Shown here piece after piece: positions 32,201-50,000 of a stretch of DNA of 64,000 nt. The position numbers were made by a program, and so were the translations under genes. How positions within the stretch are numbered: position 1 is the stretch's first letter; the number at the start of each line of letters is the position of its first letter. The notes below the pieces were generated by a model that worked only from the letters and a program-made list of their open reading frames with translations, ran no database searches and was not told the origin of the DNA. The stretch covers positions 439,456,001-439,520,000 of the forward strand of contig OZ024740.1 in the NCBI GenBank assembly GCA_964016885.1, written 5' to 3'. The DNA comes from Eledone cirrhosa. Lineage: Eukaryota.

Positions 32201-35200
32201 TAGAGAACAGATGATATAGACAACAGATGATAGAGACAACAGTTGATACAGGCAACATATGATATAGACAACATATGAAATATACAACGGAAAATATAGA
32301 CAACACCTGATATAGACAACAGATCATATAGACAACACAAGATATAGACAAAAGATGATATAGACATCACCTGATATAGACAATACCTGATATAGACAAC
32401 AGATGATATAGACAACAGATGATATAGACTACATATGACATAGACAACAGATGATATAGACAACAGATGATATAGACAACAGATAATATAGACAACAGAT
32501 GATATAAACAACACATGACATAGATAATAGATGATATAGACAACAGAATATATAGACACCAGATTATATAGACAACAGATGAGTAGACAACAAATGATAT
32601 AGACATCACCTGATATAGACAATACCTGATATAGACAACATATGATATAGACTACATATGATATAGACAACAGATGATATAGACAACATATGATATAGAC
32701 AACACATGATATAGATAATAGATGATATAGAAAACAGATGATATACACAACAGATGATATAGACAATAGATGATATAGTCTACAGATGGTATAGGCAACA
32801 GATGATATAGACAACAAATGATGTAGACAACAGATGATATAGACAACACCTGATATAAACAACACATGATATCGATAATAGATGATATAGAAAACAGATA
32901 ATGTAGACAACAGATGATATAGACAACAAATGAATAGACAACAAATGATATAGACAACAGATGATATAGACAACAGATGATAGAGACAACAGATGATACA
33001 GGCAACATATGATATAGACAACAGATGAAATAGACAACAGATGATATAGACAACACCTGATATAGACAACAGAATATATATACAATACATGATATAGACA
33101 AAAGATGATATAGACAACAGATGATATAGACATCACCTGATATTGACAATAACTGATATAGACAACAGATGATATAGACAACACATGATATAGACAACAG
33201 ATGATATAGACTACATATGGTATTGACAAAAGATGATATAGACAACAGATGATATAGATAACACATGATATAGACAACACATGATAGAGACAACACATGA
33301 TATAGATAATAGATGATATAGACATCAGATGATATAGACAACAGATGAATAGACAACAAATGATATAGACAACAGATGATATAGGCTACATATGATATAG
33401 ACAACAGATGATATAGACAACAGATGATATAGACAACAGATGATATAGACAAAAGATGATATAGACTACAGATGATATAACCAGAGATGATATAGACAAC
33501 ACATGATATAGACAATAGATTATATAGACAACATATGATATAGACAAAAGTTGATATATACAACAGATGATATAGACAACAGTTGATATATACAACAGAT
33601 GATATAACAACAGATGATATAGACAATATATAATATAGACAACAGATGATATAGACAACAGATGATATAGGCAACAGATGATATAGGCAACAGATGATAT
33701 AGACAACAAATGATATAGACAACATCTGATATAGACAACACAGGATATAGATAACAGATGATATAGACAACAGATGATATAGACAACAGATGATATAGAC
33801 AACAGATGATAGAGACAACAGATGATATAGACTACAGATGATATAACAACAAATGAATAGACAACAAATGATATAGACAACAGATGATATAGACAACATC
33901 TGATATAGACAACAGATCATATATACAATACATGATATAGACAAAAGATGATATAGACAACAGATGATATAGACATCACCTGATATAGACAATACCTGAT
34001 ATAGACAACAGATGATATACACAACACATGATATAGACAACAGATAATATAGACTAATTATGGTTTAGACAAAAGATGATACAGACAACAGATGATATAG
34101 ATAACACATGATATAGACAACACATGATATAGACAACACATGATATAGATAATAGATGATATAGGCAACAGATGATATAGACAACAGATGATATAGACAT
34201 CACCTGATATAGACAATACCTGATATAGACAACAGATGATATAGACTACATATTATATGGACAACAGATGATATAGGCAACAGATGATATAGTCAACAGA
34301 TGATATAGACAATAGATGATATATACTACAGATGATATAACAACAGATGATATAGACAACACATGATATAGACAAAAGATGATATAGACAGCAGATGATA
34401 TAGATAACAAATTATATAGATAACACCTGATATAGACAGCACATGATATAGACAACAGTTGATATAGGCAACAGATGATATAGACAAAACATGATATAGA
34501 CAACACAGGATATAGATAATAGATGATATAGACAACAGATGATATAGACAAAAGATGATATAGACAACAAATGAATAGACAAAAAATGATATAGAGAACA
34601 GATGATATAGACAACAGATGATAGAGACAACAGTTGATACAGGCAACATATGATATAGACAACAGATGAAATATACAACGGAAAATATAGACAACACCTG
34701 ATATAGACAACAGATCATATAGACAACACAGGATATAGACAAAAGATGATATAGACATCACCTGATATAGACAATACCTGATATAGACAACAGATGATAT
34801 AGACAACACATGATATAGACAACAGATGATATAGACTACATATGACATAGACAACAGATGATATAGACAACAGATGATATAGACAACAGATAATATAGAC
34901 AACAGATGATATAAACAACACATGACATAGATAATAGATGATATAGACAACAGAATATATAGACACCAGATTATATAGACAACAGATGAGTAGACAACAA
35001 ATGATATAGACATCACCTGATATAGACAATACCTGATATAGACAACATATGATATAGACTACATATGATATAGACAACAGATGATATAGACAACATATGA
35101 TATAGACAACACATGATATAGATAATAGATGATATAGAAAACAGATGATATACACAACAGATGATATAGACAATAGATGATATAGTCTACAGATGATATA

Positions 35201-38200
35201 GGCAACAGATGATATAGACAACAAATGATGTAGACAACAGATGATATAGACAACACCTGATATAAACAACACATGATATCGATAATAGATGATATAGAAA
35301 ACAGATAATGTAGACAACAGATGATATAGACAACAAATGAATAGACAACAAATGATATAGACAACAGATGATATAGACAACAGATGATAGAGACAACAGA
35401 TGATACAGGCAACATATGATATAGACAACAGATGAAATAGACAACAGATGATATAGACAACACCTGATATAGACAACAGAATATATATACAATACATGAT
35501 ATAGACAAAAGATGATATAGACAACAGATGATATAGACATCACCTGATATTGACAATAACTGATATAGACAACAGATGATATAGACAACACATGATATAG
35601 ACAACAGATGATATAGACTACATATGGTATTGACAAAAGATGATATAGACAACATATGATATAGATAACACATGATATAGACAACACATGATAGAGACAA
35701 CACATGATATAGATAATAGATGATATAGACATCAGATGATATAGACAACAGATGAATAGATAACAAATGATATAGACAACAGATGATATAGACTACATAT
35801 GATATAGACAACAGATGATATAGACAACAGATGATATAGACAACAGATGATATAGACAAAAGATGATATAGACTACAGATGATATAACCAGAGATGATAT
35901 AGACAACACATGATATAGACAATAGATTATATAGACAACATATGATATAGACAAAAGTTGATATATACAACAGATGATATAGACAACAGTTGATATATAC
36001 AACAGATGATATAACAACAGATGATATAGACAATATATAATATAGACAACAGATGATATAGACAACAGATGATATAGGCAACAGATGATATAGACAACAG
36101 ATGATATAGACAACAAATGATATAGACAACATCTGATATAGACAACACAGGATATAGATAACAGATGATATAGACAACAGATGATATAGACAACAGATGA
36201 TATAGACAACAGATGATAGAGACAACAGATGATATAGACTACAGATGATATAACAACAAATGAATAGACAACAAATGATATAGACAACAGATGATATAGA
36301 CAACATCTGATATAGACAACAGATCATATATACAATACATGATATAGACAAAAGATGATATAGACAACAGATGATATAGACATCACCTGATATAGACAAT
36401 ACCTGATATGGACAACAGATCATATATACAACACATGATATAGACAAAATATGATATAGACAACAGATGATATAAACATCACCTGATATAGACAATACCT
36501 GATATAGACAACAGATGATATAGACTGACACATGATATAGAAAACAGATGATATAGACTAAACATGGTATAGACAAAATATGATATAGACAACAGATGAT
36601 ATAGATAACACATGATATAGACAACACATGATATAGACAACACATGATATAGATAATAGATGATATAGACAACAGATGATTTAGACAACAGATGAATAGA
36701 CAACAAATGATATAGACAACAGATGATATAGACAACAGATGATATATACATCACCTGATATAGACAATACCTGATATAGACAACAGATGATATAGACTAC
36801 ATATTATATGGACAACAGATGATATAGGCAACAGATGATATAGTCAACAGATGATATAGACAATAGATGATATATACTACAGATGATATAACAACAGATG
36901 ATATAGACAACACATGATATAGACAAAAGATGATATAGACAACAGATGATATAGATAACAAATTATATAGATAACACCTGATATAGACAGCACATGATAT
37001 AGACAACAGTTGATATAGGCAACAGATGATATAGACAAAACATGATATAGACAACACAGGATATAGATAATAGATGATATAGACAACAGATGATATAGAC
37101 AAAAGATGATATAGACAACAAATGAATAGACAACAAATGATATAGAGAACAGATGATATAGACAACAGATGATAGAGACAACAGTTGATACAGGCAACAT
37201 ATGATATAGACAACATATGAAATATACAACGGAAAATATAGACAACACCTGATATAGACAACAGATCATATAGACAACACAAGATATAGACAAAAGATGA
37301 TATAGACATCACCTGATATAGACAATACCTGATATAGACAACAGATGATATAGACAACAGATGATATAGACTACATATGACATAGACAACAGATGATATA
37401 GACAACAGATGATATAGACAACAGATAATATAGACAACAGATGATATAAACAACACATGACATAGATAATAGATGATATAGACAACAGAATATATAGACA
37501 CCAGATTATATAGACAACAGATGAGTAGACAACAAATGATATAGACATCACCTGATATAGACAATACCTGATATAGACAACATATGATATAGACTACATA
37601 TGATATAGACAACAGATGATATAGACAACATATGATATAGACAACACATGATATAGATAATAGATGATATAGAAAACAGATGATATACACAACAGATGAT
37701 ATAGACAATAGATGATATAGTCTACAGATGGTATAGGCAACAGATGATATAGACAACAAATGATGTAGACAACAGATGATATAGACAACACCTGATATAA
37801 ACAACACATGATATCGATAATAGATGATATAGAAAACAGATAATGTAGACAACAGATGATATAGACAACAAATGAATAGACAACAAATGATATAGACAAC
37901 AGATGATATAGACAACAGATGATAGAGACAACAGATGATACAGGCAACATATGATATAGACAACAGATGAAATAGACAACAGATGATATAGACAACACCT
38001 GATATAGACAACAGAATATATATACAATACATGATATAGACAAAAGATGATATAGACAACAGATGATATAGACATCACCTGATATTGACAATAACTGATA
38101 TAGACAACAGATGATATAGACAACACATGATATAGACAACAGATGATATAGACTACATATGGTATTGACAAAAGATGATATAGACAACAGATGATATAGA

Positions 38201-41200
38201 TAACACATGATATAGACAACACATGATAGAGACAACACATGATATAGATAATAGATGATATAGACATCAGATGATATAGACAACAGATGAATAGACAACA
38301 AATGATATAGACAACAGATGATATAGGCTACATATGATATAGACAACAGATGATATAGACAACAGATGATATAGACAACAGATGATATAGACAAAAGATG
38401 ATATAGACTACAGATGATATAACCAGAGATGATATAGACAACACATGATATAGACAATAGATTATATAGACAACATATGATATAGACAAAAGTTGATATA
38501 TACAACAGATGATATAGACAACAGTTGATATATACAACAGATGATATAACACCAGATGATATAGACAATATATAATATAGACAACAGATGATATAGACAA
38601 CAGATGATATAGGCAACAGATGATATAGACAACAGATGATATAGACAACAAATGATATAGACAACATCTGATATAGACAACACAGGATATAGATAACAGA
38701 TGATATAGACAACAGATGATATAGACAACAGATGATATAGACAACAGATGATAGAGACAACAGATGATATAGACTACAGATGATATAACAACAAATGAAT
38801 AGACAACAAATGATATAGACAACAGATGATATAGACAACATCTGATATAGACAACAGATCATATATACAATACATGATATAGACAAAAGATGATATAGAC
38901 AACAGATGATATAGACATCACCTGATATAGACAATACCTGATATAGACAACAGATGATATACACAACACATGATATAGACAACAGATAATATAGACTAAT
39001 TATGGTTTAGACAAAAGATGATACAGACAACAGATGATATAGATAACACATGATATAGACAACACATGATATAGACAACACATGATATAGATAATAGATG
39101 ATATAGGCAACAGATGATATAGACAACAGATGATATAGACATCACCTGATATAGACAATACCTGATATAGACAACAGATGATATAGACTACATATTATAT
39201 GGACAACAGATGATATAGGCAACAGATGATATAGTCAACAGATGATATAGACAATAGATGATATATACTACAGATGATATAACAACAGATGATATAGACA
39301 ACACATGATATAGACAAAAGATGATATAGACAGCAGATGATATAGATAACAAATTATATAGATAACACCTGATATAGACAGCACATGATATAGACAACAG
39401 TTGATATAGGCAACAGATGATATAGACAAAACATGATATAGACAACACAGGATATAGATAATAGATGATATAGACAACAGATGATATAGACAAAAGATGA
39501 TATAGACAACAAATGAATAGACAAAAAATGATATAGAGAACAGATGATATAGACAACAGATGATAGAGACAACAGTTGATACAGGCAACATATGATATAG
39601 ACAACAGATGAAATATACAACGGAAAATATAGACAACACCTGATATAGACAACAGATCATATAGACAACACAGGATATAGACAAAAGATGATATAGACAT
39701 CACCTGATATAGACAATACCTGATATAGACAACAGATGATATAGACAACACATGATATAGACAACAGATGATATAGACTACATATGACATAGACAACAGA
39801 TGATATAGACAACAGATGATATAGACAACAGATAATATAGACAACAGATGATATAAACAACACATGACATAGATAATAGATGATATAGACAACAGAATAT
39901 ATAGACACCAGATTATATAGACAACAGATGAGTAGACAACAAATGATATAGACATCACCTGATATAGACAATACCTGATATAGACAACATATGATATAGA
40001 CTACATATGATATAGACAACAGATGATATAGACAACATATGATATAGACAACACATGATATAGATAATAGATGATATAGAAAACAGATGATATACACAAC
40101 AGATGATATAGACAATAGATGATATAGTCTACAGATGATATAGGCAACAGATGATATAGACAACAAATGATGTAGACAACAGATGATATAGACAACACCT
40201 GATATAAACAACACATGATATCGATAATAGATGATATAGAAAACAGATAATGTAGACAACAGATGATATAGACAACAAATGAATAGACAACAAATGATAT
40301 AGACAACAGATGATATAGACAACAGATGATAGAGACAACAGATGATACAGGCAACATATGATATAGACAACAGATGAAATAGACAACAGATGATATAGAC
40401 AACACCTGATATAGACAACAGAATATATATACAATACATGATATAGACAAAAGATGATATAGACAACAGATGATATAGACATCACCTGATATTGACAATA
40501 ACTGATATAGACAACAGATGATATAGACAACACATGATATAGACAACAGATGATATAGACTACATATGGTATTGACAAAAGATGATATAGACAACATATG
40601 ATATAGATAACACATGATATAGACAACACATGATAGAGACAACACATGATATAGATAATAGATGATATAGACATCAGATGATATAGACAACAGATGAATA
40701 GATAACAAATGATATAGACAACAGATGATATAGACTACATATGATATAGACAACAGATGATATAGACAACAGATGATATAGACAACAGATGATATAGACA
40801 AAAGATGATATAGACTACAGATGATATAACCAGAGATGATATAGACAACACATGATATAGACAATAGATTATATAGACAACATATGATATAGACAAAAGT
40901 TGATATATACAACAGATGATATAGACAACAGTTGATATATACAACAGATGATATAACAACAGATGATATAGACAATATATAATATAGACAACAGATGATA
41001 TAGACAACAGATGATATAGGCAACAGATGATATAGACAACAGATGATATAGACAACAAATGATATAGACAACATCTGATATAGACAACACAGGATATAGA
41101 TAACAGATGATATAGACAACAGATGATATAGACAACAGATGATATAGACAACAGATGATAGAGACAACAGATGATATAGACTACAGATGATATAACAACA

Positions 41201-44083
41201 AATGAATAGACAACAAATGATATAGACAACAGATGATATAGACAACATCTGATATAGACAACAGATCATATATACAATACATGATATAGACAAAAGATGA
41301 TATAGACAACAGATGATATAGACATCACCTGATATAGACAATACCTGATATGGACAACAGATCATATATACAACACATGATATAGACAAAATATGATATA
41401 GACAACAGATGATATAAACATCACCTGATATAGACAATACCTGATATAGACAACAGATGATATAGACTGACACATGATATAGAAAACAGATGATATAGAC
41501 TAAACATGGTATAGACAAAATATGATATAGACAACAGATGATATAGATAACACATGATATAGACAACACATGATATAGACAACACATGATATAGATAATA
41601 GATGATATAGACAACAGATGATTTAGACAACAGATGAATAGACAACAAATGATATAGACAACAGATGATATAGACAACAGATGATATATACATCACCTGA
41701 TATAGACAATACCTGATATAGACAACAGATGATATAGACTACATATTATATGGACAACAGATGATATAGGCAACAGATGATATAGTCAACAGATGATATA
41801 GACAATAGATGATATATACTACAGATGATATAACAACAGATGATATAGACAACACATGATATAGACAAAAGATGATATAGACAACAGATGATATAGATAA
41901 CAAATTATATAGATAACACCTGATATAGACAGCACATGATATAGACAACAGTTGATATAGGCAACAGATGATATAGACAAAACATGATATAGACAACACA
42001 GGATATAGATAATAGATGATATAGACAACAGATGATATAGACAAAAGATGATATAGACAACAAATGAATAGACAACAAATGATATAGAGAACAGATGATA
42101 TAGACAACAGATGATAGAGACAACAGTTGATACAGGCAACATATGATATAGACAACATATGAAATATACAACGGAAAATATAGACAACACCTGATATAGA
42201 CAACAGATCATATAGACAACACAAGATATAGACAAAAGATGATATAGACATCACCTGATATAGACAATACCTGATATAGACAACAGATGATATAGACAAC
42301 AGATGATATAGACTACATATGACATAGACAACAGATGATATAGACAACAGATGATATAGACAACAGATAATATAGACAACAGATGATATAAACAACACAT
42401 GACATAGATAATAGATGATATAGACAACAGAATATATAGACACCAGATTATATAGACAACAGATGAGTAGACAACAAATGATATAGACATCACCTGATAT
42501 AGACAATACCTGATATAGACAACATATGATATAGACTACATATGATATAGACAACAGATGATATAGACAACATATGATATAGACAACACATGATATAGAT
42601 AATAGATGATATAGAAAACAGATGATATACACAACAGATGATATAGACAATAGATGATATAGTCTACAGATGATATAGGCAACAGATGATATAGACAACA
42701 AATGATGTAGACAACAGATGATATAGACAACACCTGATATAAACAACACATGATATCGATAATAGATGATATAGAAAACAGATAATGTAGACAACAGATG
42801 ATATAGACAACAAATGAATAGACAACAAATGATATAGACAACAGATGATATAGACAACAGATGATAGAGACAACAGATGATACAGGCAACATATGATATA
42901 GACAACAGATGAAATAGACAACAGATGATATAGACAACACCTGATATAGACAACAGAATATATATACAATACATGATATAGACAAAAGATGATATAGACA
43001 ACAGATGATATAGACATCACCTGATATTGACAATAACTGATATAGACAACAGATGATATAGACAACACATGATATAGACAACAGATGATATAGACTACAT
43101 ATGGTATTGACAAAAGATGATATAGACAACAGATGATATAGATAACACATGATATAGACAACACATGATAGAGACAACACATGATATAGATAATAGATGA
43201 TATAGACATCAGATGATATAGACAACAGATGAATAGACAACAAATGATATAGACAACAGATGATATAGGCTACATATGATATAGACAACAGATGATATAG
43301 ACAACAGATGATATAGACAACAGATGATATAGACAAAAGATGATATAGACTACAGATGATATAACCAGAGATGATATAGACAACACATGATATAGACAAT
43401 AGATTATATAGACAACATATGATATAGACAAAAGTTGATATATACAACAGATGATATAGACAACAGTTGATATATACAACAGATGATATAACAACAGATG
43501 ATATAGACAATATATAATATAGACAACAGATGATATAGACAACAGATGATATAGGCAACAGATGATATAGACAACAGATGATATAGACAACAAATGATAT
43601 AGACAACATCTGATATAGACAACACAGGATATAGATAACAGATGATATAGACAACAGATGATATAGACAACAGATGATATAGACAACAGATGATAGAGAC
43701 AACAGATGATATAGACTACAGATGATATAACAACAAATGAATAGACAACAAATGATATAGACAACAGATGATATAGACAACATCTGATATAGACAACAGA
43801 TCATATATACAATACATGATATAGACAAAAGATGATATAGACAACAGATGATATAGACATCACCTGATATAGACAATACCTGATATAGACAACAGATGAT
43901 ATACACAACACATGATATAGACAACAGATAATATAGACTAATTATGGTTTAGACAAAAGATGATACAGACAACAGATGATATAGATAACACATGATATAG
44001 ACAACACATGATATAGACAACACATGATATAGATAATAGATGATATAGGCAACAGATGATATAGACAACAGATGATATAGACA
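29224..44083 (+). repeat. Higher-order repeat, 3 x 4,942 bp, each unit a dimer of related subunits of about 2.55 and 2.39 kb
   Basis: Exact 4,942 periodicity: 29304/34246/39188, 30117/35059/40001, 31855/36797/41739, 32652/37594/42536. The marker GACTAATTATGGTTTAG occurs once per unit (about 34052, 38994, 43936). Internal offsets are 2,551 and 2,391. Confidence 0.95.
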
Positions 44084-47000
44084 ATAGTTGATATAGACTA
44101 CAGATGATAAAAACAACAGATCATATAGACAAAACCTGATATAGACAAAAGATTATATAGACAACAGACGATATAAACAACAGTTGATATAGACAACAGA
44201 TGATATAGACAACAGATGATATAGACAAGAGATGATATAGACTACAGATGATATAGACAATAAATGATATAGACAACACCTGATATAGAAATCACATGAT
44301 ATATACAACAGATGATATAGGCAACAACTGATATAGACAACACCTGATATAGACAACACATGATATATACAACAGATGATATAGACAACAATTATATAGA
44401 CAACACATGATATAGACAACACAGGATATAGATAATAGATGATATAGACGACAGATGATTTAGACAACAGATGATATAGACAACAAGTGAATAGACAACA
44501 AATGATTTAGACAACAGATAATATAGACAACAGATGATAGAGACAACAGATGATACAGGCAACATATGATATAGACAACAGATGAAATAGACAACAGATG
44601 ATATAGACAACAACTGATATAGACAACAACTGATATAGACAACAGATGATATAGACATCACCTGATATAGACAACACCTAATATAGACAACAGATGATAT
44701 AGACAACACATGATATAGAAAACAGATGATATAGACTACAAATGTTATAGACACCAGATGATATAAACAACAGATGATATAGACAACATATAATATAGAC
44801 AACAGTTGATATAGACAACAGATGATATAGACAACAGATAATATAGACACCATATGATATTGGCAACAGATGATAGAAGCAACATATGAAATAGACAACA
44901 GATGATATAGACAACACATGATATACACAGCAGATTATATAGACAACAGTTGATATAGTCAACAGTTGATATAGACAACAAATGATATTGACAACACATG
45001 ATATAGATAATAGATGATATAGACAACATATGATATAGACAACAGGTGATATAGACAACACATTATATAGACAATAGATGATATAGACAATAGATGATAT
45101 AGACAAAAGATGATATAGACAACGCATGATATATATAATAGATGATATAGGCAACAGATGATATAGACAACACATGATATAGACAACAGTTGATATAGAC
45201 AACAGCGGATATAGACAACACATGATATAGACAACACATGATATAGATAATAGATGATATAGGCAACAGATGATATAGACAACAGATGAGGTAGACAACA
45301 CATGATATAGACGACACATGATATAGTTAACAGATGATCTAGACAACAGATAATATAGACAACAATTGATATAGACAACAAATAATATAGACAACAGATG
45401 ATATTGACAACAGATGATATAGACAACACATGATATAAACAATAGGTGATATAGACAGCAGATGATATAGACAACAGTTGATATAGACAACAGACGAGAT
45501 AGACAACAGATGATATAGACTACATATGATATAGACAACATATGATATAGACAACAGATGATATAGACAACACATGATATAGATAATAGACGATATATGC
45601 AACAGATGATATACACAACAGATGATATAGACAATAGATGATATAGACAACAGTTGATATAGACAGCACATGATAAAGACAACAGATGATATAGACAACA
45701 CTTGATATAGACAACAGATGATATAGATAATAGATGATATAGGCAACAGATGATATAGACAACACATGATATAGACAACAGTTGATATAGACAACAGCGG
45801 ATATAGACAACACATGATACAGACAACACATGATATAGATAATAGATGATATAGGCAACATATGATATAGACAACAGTTGACATAGTCAACACATGATAT
45901 AGACAACACATGATATAGACAACAGATGATACAGAAAACAGATGATCTAGAAAACAGATAATATAGACAACAGTTGATATAGACAACCTTTAATATAGCC
46001 AACACGTGATATAGTCAACAGATGATATAGAAAAAAGAGGATATAGACAACACATGATATAGACAGCAGATGATATAGACAACAGTTGATATAGACAACA
46101 GATGATATAGACAAGAGATGATATAGACAACAGATGATATAGACAAGAGATGATATAGACAACAGATGATAGAGATAACAGATGATATAGACTACATATG
46201 ATATAGACAACAGATAATATAGACAACAGATGATATTGACAACAGATGATATAGGCAACAGATGATATAGACAACAGATGATACAGACAAACATGATATA
46301 GACAACAGATGATACAGACAGCAAATGATATAGCCAACAGTTGATATAGACAATACCTAATATAGACAAGAGATGATATAGGCAACCCATGATATAGATA
46401 ACATATGATATAGACAACAGATGATATAGACAACACATGATATAGACAACACATGATATAGACAACACATGATATAGGTAATAGATGATATAGGCAACAG
46501 ATGATATAGACGACAGATGATGTAGACAACACATGACATAGACTACAGATGATGTAGACACCACATGATATAGACAACAGATAATATAGACAACATTTGA
46601 TATAGACAAGAGATAATATAGATAAAAGATGATATTGACAACATATGATATAGGAAACAGATGATATAGACAACATATGATATAGCCAACACATGATATA
46701 GACATCAGCTGATATATACAACAGATGATATAGACAACAGATGATATAGACAACACATGATATAGATAATAGATGATATAGACAACAGATGATATAGACA
46801 ACAGATGAATAGTCAACAAATGATATAGACAAAAGGTGATATAGACAACAGATGATAGAGACAACAGATGATATAGGCAAGATACGATATAAACAACAGA
46901 TGATATGGACAACACATTATATAGACAACAGATAATTATAGAAAACACATGATATAAACAATAGATGATATAGACAACATTTGATATAGACATCACCTTA

Positions 47001-50000
47001 TATAGACAATACCTGATATAGACAACAGACGATATAGACAACACATGATATAGACAACAGATGATATAGACAAAAGATTATATAGACAATAGATTATATA
47101 GACAATAGATGATATAGACAACAGTTGATATAGACAACAGGTGATATAGACAACATATGATATAGACAACAGATGATATATACTACAGATGCTATAGACA
47201 ATAGATGATATAGACAACACCTGATATAGACAACAGATCATATAGACAACACATGATATAGACAACAGTTGATATAGACATCACCTGATATAGAAAATAC
47301 CTAATATAGACAACAGATGATATAGACAACACATGATATAGACAACAGATGATATAGACTACATATGATATAGACAACAGATAATATAGACAACAGATGA
47401 TATTGACAACAGATGATATAGGCAACAGATGATATAGACAACAGATGATACAGACAAACATGATATAGACAACAGATGATACAGACAGCAAATGATATAG
47501 CCAACAGTTGATATAGACAATACCTGATATAGACAAGAGATGATATAGGCAACCCATGATATAGATAACATATGATATAGACAACAGATGATTAAGACAA
47601 CACATGATATAGACAACACATGATATAGACAACACATGATATAGGTAATAGATGATATAGGCAACAGATGATATAGACGACAGATGATGTAGACAACACA
47701 TGACATAGACTACAGATGATGTAGACACCACATGATATAGACACCAGGTAATATAGACAACAGTTGATATAGACAAGAGATAATATAGATAAAAGATGAT
47801 ATTGACAACAGATGATATAGGAAACAGATGATATAGACAACATATGATATAGCCAACACATGATATAGACAGCAGATGATATAGACAACTGTTCATATAG
47901 ACAACAGAGGATATCGACAACAGTTGATATATACAACAGATGATATAGACAACAGATGATATAGACAACACATGATATAGATAATAGATGATATAGACAA
48001 CAGATGATATAGACAACAGATGAATAGTCAACAAATGATATAGACAAAAGGTGATATAGACAACAGATGATAGAGACAACAGATGATATAGGCAAGATAC
48101 GATATAGACAACAGATGATATAGACAACACATGATATAAACAATAGGTGATATAGACAGCAGGTGATATAGACAACAGTTGATGTAGACAACAGATGATT
48201 TAGACAACAGATGATATAGGCGTCACCTGATATAGACAATACCTGATATAGACAACAGATGATATAGACAACACATGATATAGACAGCATATGATATAGA
48301 CTACATATGATATAGACAGCAGATAGTATATACAACAGATGAAATAGGCAACACATGATATAGATAATAGATGATATAGGCAACAGATGATATAGACAAA
48401 AGTTGATATAGACAGCAGATGATATAGACAACAGATGATATAGACAACACTTGATATAGACAACAGATGATATAGATAATAGATGATATAGGCAACAGAT
48501 GATATAGACAGCAAATGATATAGACAACAGTTGATATAGACATCACTTGATATAGACAACAGATGATATAGATAATAGATGATATAGGCAACAGATGATA
48601 TAGACAACACATGATATAGACAACAGATGATATAGACAACAGCGGATATAGACAACACATGATACAGACAACACATGATATAGATAATAGATGATATAGA
48701 AAACAGATGATATAGACAACAGATGACGTAGTCAAAACATGATGTAGATGACACATGATATTGACAACAGATGATACAGACAACAGATGATCTAGACAAC
48801 AGATAATATAGACAACAGTTGATATAGACAACAGATTATATAGACAACAGATGATATTGACAACAGATGATATAGGAAACAAATGATATAGACAACAGAT
48901 GATATAGACAAAAGATGATAGAGACAAAAGAATATATAGGCAACATATGATATAGACAACTGATAATATAGACAACACATGATATAGAAAATAGATGATA
49001 TAGACAACAGATGATACAGACAGCAAATGATATAGCCAACAGTTGATATAGACAATACCTGATATAGACAACAGATGATATAGACAACACATGATATAGA
49101 CAACAGATGAATAGACAACAAATGATATAGACAACAGCGGATATAGACAACACATGATACAGACAACACATGATGTAGATAATTGATGATATAGAAAACA
49201 GATGATATAGACAACAAATGACGTAGTCAACACATGATATAGATGACACATGATATTGACAACAGATGATACAGACAACAGATGATCTAGACAACAGATA
49301 ATATAGACAACAGTTGATATAGACAACAGATAATATAGACAACAGAGGATATTGACAACAGATGATATAGGCAACATATGATATAGACAACATATGATAT
49401 AGACAACACATGATATAGACAGCAGATGATATAGACAACAGTTGATATAGACAACAGGGGATATAGACAACAGGGGATATAGACAATACATGATATAGAC
49501 AACACATGATATAGATAACAGATGATATAGACAACAGATGATATAGACAACAGATGAATAAAAAACAAATGATATATACACAAGATGATATAGACAACAG
49601 ATGATAGAGAAAACATGATATAGGCAACATACGATATAAACAACAGATGATATAGACAACACATGATATAGACAACAGATAATTATAGACAACACATGAT
49701 ATAAACAATAGATGATATAGACAGCAGATGATATGGACAACAGTTGATATAGACAATAGGTGATATAGACAACAGATGATATAGACATCACCTGATATAG
49801 ACAATACCTGCTATAGACAACAGACGATATAGACAACACATGATATAGACAACATATGATATAGACTATATATGATATAGACAACAGATGGTATAGACAA
49901 CAGATGATATAGACAACAATGATATCGAAAATAGATGATATAGACAATAGATTATATAGACAATAGATGATATAGACAGCAGATGATATGGACAACAGTT

